A stretch of DNA of 64,000 nt from Vescimonas sp. GTDB lineage: Bacteria > Bacillota > Clostridia > Oscillospirales > Oscillospiraceae. The translations under genes were made by a program, and so were the position numbers. Shown one piece after another: positions 59,978 through 64,000 of the stretch. Location: contig JAZTZR010000037.1 of NCBI GenBank assembly GCA_045637545.1, positions 435 through 64,434 on the forward strand, given 5' to 3'. The notes beneath the pieces are model-generated. The model saw only the letters and a list, made by a program, of their open reading frames with translations. It was not told where the DNA came from and searched no databases. The number at the start of each line of letters is the position of its first letter. Position 1 is the first letter of the stretch.

Positions 59978-61462
59978 TTAGTTCAGCTTGGCAAGGCCGG
60001 CACGCAGGCGGCGCAAGCACTCGTCACGGCCAAGGATGTGGCAGATCTCCACGGCACCGCCGGGGGTCACAGCCTTACCGGCAGCGGCGATGCGGACGGG
60101 CCACATGAGGGTGGCGTTCTTTACCTCCAAAGAGGTGGCCAGATCGATGAGACCGTTGTGGATAGACTCGTTGTCCCACTGCGGCAGGTTCTCCAGCATG
60201 GGGATGGCCTTTTCCAGCATATCACGGCACACATCGGGGTTGGTCTTGGATTTTTTATTGGTGAACAGCTCGATATCATACTCAGGGCAGACATCGAAGA
60301 AATCCACCTTCTCGGGGATATCGGTCAGATGCTCGCAGCGAGCCTGCAGGAGAGCGGCGATGGCAGCGATGTCATAGTCACCCTTCACGCTCTGGCGGAT
60401 ATAGGGAGCGGCTACCTCGGCGAAAGCCTCGGGAGTCATAGCACGCAGATACACAGCGTTGAAATGATCCAGCTTGGCAATGTCGAAAATGGCGGGGGAC
60501 TTGGAGATTCCGGTCATATCGAAGATGCGGCTCAGCTCTTCCAGAGAGAAGATCTCCTGCTCGGCGTATTCGCCGCGGGGAGACCAGCCCAGCAGGGTGA
60601 CATAGTTGAGGATAGCCTCGGTGAGATAGCCGCGGGCCTTCAGATCCTCGTAGCTGGGGTCACCGTGACGCTTGGACATCTTGTTCTGTGCATCGCGCAT
60701 GACGGGGGAGCAGTGGACATAGGTAGGCACATCCCAACCGAAGGCCTCGTAGAGGAGGTTATACTTGGGGGCGGAGGAGAGGTACTCGCTGCCGCGTACC
60801 ACATGGGTAATACCCATCAGATGATCGTCGATGACATTGGCGAAGTTGTAGGTGGGAAGACCGTCGCGCTTGAGAAGCACCTGATCGTCCAGAGTGGAGT
60901 TTTCCACCGTGATGTCGCCAAAGATGGCGTCGCTGAAGGTGGTGCTGCCCTCAGAGGGGATGCGCTGACGGATGACATAGGGCTCACCGGCTGCGACGCG
61001 GGCCTTGGCCTCCTCCAGAGGCAGGTCACGGCAGGGATCGGCAGCACGCTGGAAATCGCCGCTGTCCTCCTCGGACTCGCTCTTCTCGCAGAAGCAGTAG
61101 TAAGCGCCGCCCTTTTCCACCAGGAGCTCGGCGTACTTTCCATAAGTATCACGGCGCTCGGACTGGATATAGGGAGCCACGGGGCCGCCAACATCGGGGC
61201 CTTCATCGTGGCTGAGACCACACTCTGCCATGGTGCGGTAGATCACATCAACAGCGCCTTCCACCAGACGGCCCTGGTCAGTATCCTCGATACGCAGGAT
61301 AAAGGTGCCGTTATTGGCGCGGGCAATAAGCCAGGTATAGAGGGCGGTACGCAGATTGCCCACATGCATATAACCGGTGGGAGAGGGAGCGAAACGGGTA
61401 CGCACCTTTCCACGGGGAATTTTTTCTTCCATCTGGGTAAAATAGGTCATATCAAGAGCCAT
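59978..61462 (-). CDS. gltX: Glutamate--tRNA ligase
   Basis: RFAPSPTGYMHVGN, RIEDTD, KMSKR; minus-strand promoter TTGACT-16-TATAAT at 61542-61515. Confidence 0.96.
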   Translation of the reverse strand: MALDMTYFTQMEEKIPRGKVRTRFAPSPTGYMHVGNLRTALYTWLIARANNGTFILRIEDTDQGRLVEGAVDVIYRTMAECGLSHDEGPDVGGPVAPYIQSERRDTYGKYAELLVEKGGAYYCFCEKSESEEDSGDFQRAADPCRDLPLEEAKARVAAGEPYVIRQRIPSEGSTTFSDAIFGDITVENSTLDDQVLLKRDGLPTYNFANVIDDHLMGITHVVRGSEYLSSAPKYNLLYEAFGWDVPTYVHCSPVMRDAQNKMSKRHGDPSYEDLKARGYLTEAILNYVTLLGWSPRGEYAEQEIFSLEELSRIFDMTGISKSPAIFDIAKLDHFNAVYLRAMTPEAFAEVAAPYIRQSVKGDYDIAAIAALLQARCEHLTDIPEKVDFFDVCPEYDIELFTNKKSKTNPDVCRDMLEKAIPMLENLPQWDNESIHNGLIDLATSLEVKNATLMWPVRIAAAGKAVTPGGAVEICHILGRDECLRRLRAGLAKLN

Positions 61463-61658
61463 TTTTTTGTCCTCCTGGGGTTAATTGAATAAATTGCATA
61501 AAATCACTCATAACATTATATTTCATCTACAAAAAAAGTCAATCATTATCCCCATATTTGCATACCTTTTCCGTTGCTTTTTCTTTGAGAAGATGGTAGA
61601 ATAAGCAAGAATGAATACTGGGGGCTTGTGGCCCGCAGATGAAACGAGGTATACCACT

Positions 61659-62657
61659 ATGGAACAGGTTAAGAAAAAGCGTATATTCAGCGGTATTCAG
61701 CCTTCCGGTGAGCTGACGCTGGGTTCGTATATGGGCGCAATTAAGAACTGGGTCGCCCTGCAGGATGAGTATGATTGTCTCTACTGCATCGTAGATATGC
61801 ATGCCATCACCGTGCGTCAGGATCCCGCTCTTCTGCGCAAGCGCAGCATCGACCAGCTGGCACAGTACATTGCCTGCGGTCTCGATCCCGAGAAGAATAT
61901 CATGTTTATCCAGAGCCATGTGCCGCAGCATGCAGAGCTGGGATGGATCCTCAACTGCTACACCCAGTTCGGTGAGCTGAGCCGTATGACTCAGTTCAAG
62001 GCCAAGTCTGCACAGCATGCCGATAACATCACGGCAGGCCTGTTTACTTACCCCGTGCTGATGGCTTCCGATATTCTGCTGTATCAGGCCGATCTTGTCC
62101 CCGTGGGTGAGGATCAGCGCCAGCATGTGGAGCTGACCCGCGACATCGCACAGCGCTTCAACAGCGTCTATTCCGATACCTTCACGCTGCCTGAGTCCTT
62201 CATCCCCAAGATGGGCGCCCGCGTCATGTCTCTGGACGATCCCACCACTAAAATGAGCAAGTCTCTGCCCGATGGCTGCGTGAACCTGATGGATGCTCCC
62301 GAGGTCATTATGAAGAAGTTCAAGCGTGCCGTCACCGATTGCGAGATGGCTGTGAAGTTCGATAAGGAGAATAAGGCCGGTATTTCCAACCTGCTGACCA
62401 TCTACTGTGCAGCCACCGGTAAGACCATCGAAGAGGCAGAGGCCGAGTTCGCCGGTCAGGGCTACGGTGTGTTCAAGCCCGCCGTCGGCGAAGCTGTGGT
62501 GGAGCTTCTGCGTCCTATCCGTGAGGAGAGCCAGCGCATTATGTCTGATAAGGCATATCTGGAGGGCGTTTACAAGACCGGTGCCGAGCGTGCCCGCTAC
62601 CTTGCACAGAAGACTCTCAGCAAGGTGCAGCGCAAGGTGGGCTTTGTTGCCCGATAA
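61659..62657 (+). CDS. trpS: Tryptophan--tRNA ligase
   Basis: [37 protein letters not shown]; TTGCTT-17-TAGAAT promoter at 61574-61602. Confidence 0.96.
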   Translation: MEQVKKKRIFSGIQPSGELTLGSYMGAIKNWVALQDEYDCLYCIVDMHAITVRQDPALLRKRSIDQLAQYIACGLDPEKNIMFIQSHVPQHAELGWILNCYTQFGELSRMTQFKAKSAQHADNITAGLFTYPVLMASDILLYQADLVPVGEDQRQHVELTRDIAQRFNSVYSDTFTLPESFIPKMGARVMSLDDPTTKMSKSLPDGCVNLMDAPEVIMKKFKRAVTDCEMAVKFDKENKAGISNLLTIYCAATGKTIEEAEAEFAGQGYGVFKPAVGEAVVELLRPIREESQRIMSDKAYLEGVYKTGAERARYLAQKTLSKVQRKVGFVAR

Positions 62658-62739
62658 ATTTGCACGACGGTGTCATTCGGCACTGCGTATATAGAATTGA
62701 GTCACCTCAAAAATCACAAGAGAAAGGAAAATCATAACT

Positions 62740-63432
62740 ATGATTTACACGACCGAGGTTCAGCATATGTGCCCTGTGGCTAAGGGTGCGTACCATGGTC
62801 CCGCTCCCATTCCCGAGGAGGGCAAGTGGGTTCAGGCCAAGCAGATTTCCGACATTTCCGGCTTTACTCACGGTGTGGGTTGGTGTGCTCCTCAGCAGGG
62901 CGCCTGCAAGCTCACTCTGAATGTGAAGAACGGCATCATTGAAGAGGCTCTGGTGGAGACCCTGGGTTGCTCCGGTATGACCCACAGCGCCGCTATGGCT
63001 TCCGAGATCCTCATCGGCAAGACTCTGCTGGAGGCTCTGAACACCGACCTGGTGTGCGATGCTATCAATACCGCTATGCGCGAGCTGTTCCTGCAGATCG
63101 TCTATGGCCGTACTCAGTCCGCCTTCTCCGAGAACGGTCTGGCTGTCGGTGCCTCTCTGGAGGATCTGGGTAAGGGTCTGCGTTCTCAGGTTGGCACCAT
63201 GTTCGCCACCCGCGAGAAGGGTCCCCGCTATCTGGAGATGGCTGAGGGTTACTGCACCCGCATCGCTCTGAACAAGGACGATGAGATCATCGGTTACGAG
63301 TTTGTGAACCTGGGCAAGATGATGGACGCTGTTAAGAAGGGCGTCGATGCCAACGAGGCCATCGAGAAGGCCAAGGGTCACTACGGTCAGTTTGAGAACG
63401 CGGCGAAGTACATCGATCCGCGTCACGAGTAA
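62740..63432 (+). CDS. NifU/IscU-N-like Fe-S scaffold-domain protein (GGGtGRT partner)
   Basis: GWCAPQQGACKL, ETLGCSGMTHS, LVCDAIN: three-Cys IscU-like spacing. Confidence 0.75.
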   Translation: MIYTTEVQHMCPVAKGAYHGPAPIPEEGKWVQAKQISDISGFTHGVGWCAPQQGACKLTLNVKNGIIEEALVETLGCSGMTHSAAMASEILIGKTLLEALNTDLVCDAINTAMRELFLQIVYGRTQSAFSENGLAVGASLEDLGKGLRSQVGTMFATREKGPRYLEMAEGYCTRIALNKDDEIIGYEFVNLGKMMDAVKKGVDANEAIEKAKGHYGQFENAAKYIDPRHE

Positions 63433-63450
63433 GGAAGGGAGGACGAAACT

Positions 63451-64000
63451 ATGGCTCTGTTTGAAAGCTACGAGAGAAGAATTGATAAGATCAATGGCGT
63501 CCTCGCTCAGTACGGTATCAAGTCCGTTGAGGAGTGCCTGGATATCTGCAAGGAGAAGGGCTTCAACCCCTATGAGATCGTCAAGGGCATCCAGCCCATC
63601 TGCTTTGAGAACGCCTGCTGGGCTTACACCGTGGGCGCTGCAATCGCTCTGAAGTCCGGTGTGAAGACTGCTGCCGAGGCTGCCAAGTGCATCGGTATCG
63701 GCCTGCAGGCCTTCTGCATTGACGGTTCCGTCGCCGAGGATCGTAAGGTCGGTATCGGCCACGGTAATCTGGGCGCCATGCTGCTGAGCAACGAGTCCAA
63801 GTGCTTCGCCTTCCTGGCCGGCCACGAGTCCTTCGCTGCCGCTGAGGGCGCTATCGGTATCGTTCGCAACGCCAACAAGGCCCGCAAGGAGCCTCTGCGC
63901 GTGATTCTGAACGGTCTGGGCAAGGATGCTGCACAGATCATCTCCCGCATCAACGGTTTCACCTATGTGCAGACCCAGTTTGACTATGCCTCCGGCAAGG
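63451..64000 (+). CDS. GGGtGRT-family protein, 3'-truncated by the window edge
   Basis: GGAGG RBS; MALFESYERRIDKI..QPICFENACWAY..GLQAFCI.GSVA..RKVG.GHG..GHESFAAAEGA; not in the ORF track because it runs off the end. Confidence 0.85.
   Translation, partial: MALFESYERRIDKINGVLAQYGIKSVEECLDICKEKGFNPYEIVKGIQPICFENACWAYTVGAAIALKSGVKTAAEAAKCIGIGLQAFCIDGSVAEDRKVGIGHGNLGAMLLSNESKCFAFLAGHESFAAAEGAIGIVRNANKARKEPLRVILNGLGKDAAQIISRINGFTYVQTQFDYASGK

Noticed and set aside
61486-61510. ARG-box-like half-sites in the gltX leader
   Set aside because: Spacing does not fit a full palindrome; unsupported without a motif scan.

Overview
Core-chromosome segment of a spore-forming anaerobic Firmicute (Clostridia, probably Oscillospiraceae-like; inferred from gene content, T-boxes, SigE/SigF sporulation genes and Gram-positive LexA boxes). 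No prophage, IS transposase or CRISPR array was seen. Housekeeping content includes rnpB, murD, ligA, sdaAA/AB, valS and tyrS with T-boxes, spoIIAA-AB-sigF, pcrA, rpmB, hprK-ROK kinase-murB-rapZ-whiA-dnaE, spoIIIAA-AH, nusB-xseAB-ispA, dxs-tlyA-nadK-argR-recN, type III glnA, gltX and trpS. The standout feature is a ~660-nt structured non-coding RNA at 45204-45865, missed by the ORF track, that I recognise as an OLE RNA. It lies directly upstream of oapA in the canonical ispA-ole-oapA-dxs context and appears to carry lineage-specific inserted hairpins. Other notable items are: a LexA-boxed operon led by an unannotated 40-aa membrane peptide, whose last gene overlaps sigF antisense; a circularly permuted amino-acid-binding lipoprotein; an AT-rich single-gene islet; a BlaI/M56 sensor pair with a non-canonical C-terminal domain; and the uncharacterised NifU-like/GGGtGRT pair. 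Family assignments come from motif recognition and memory, not from database searches.
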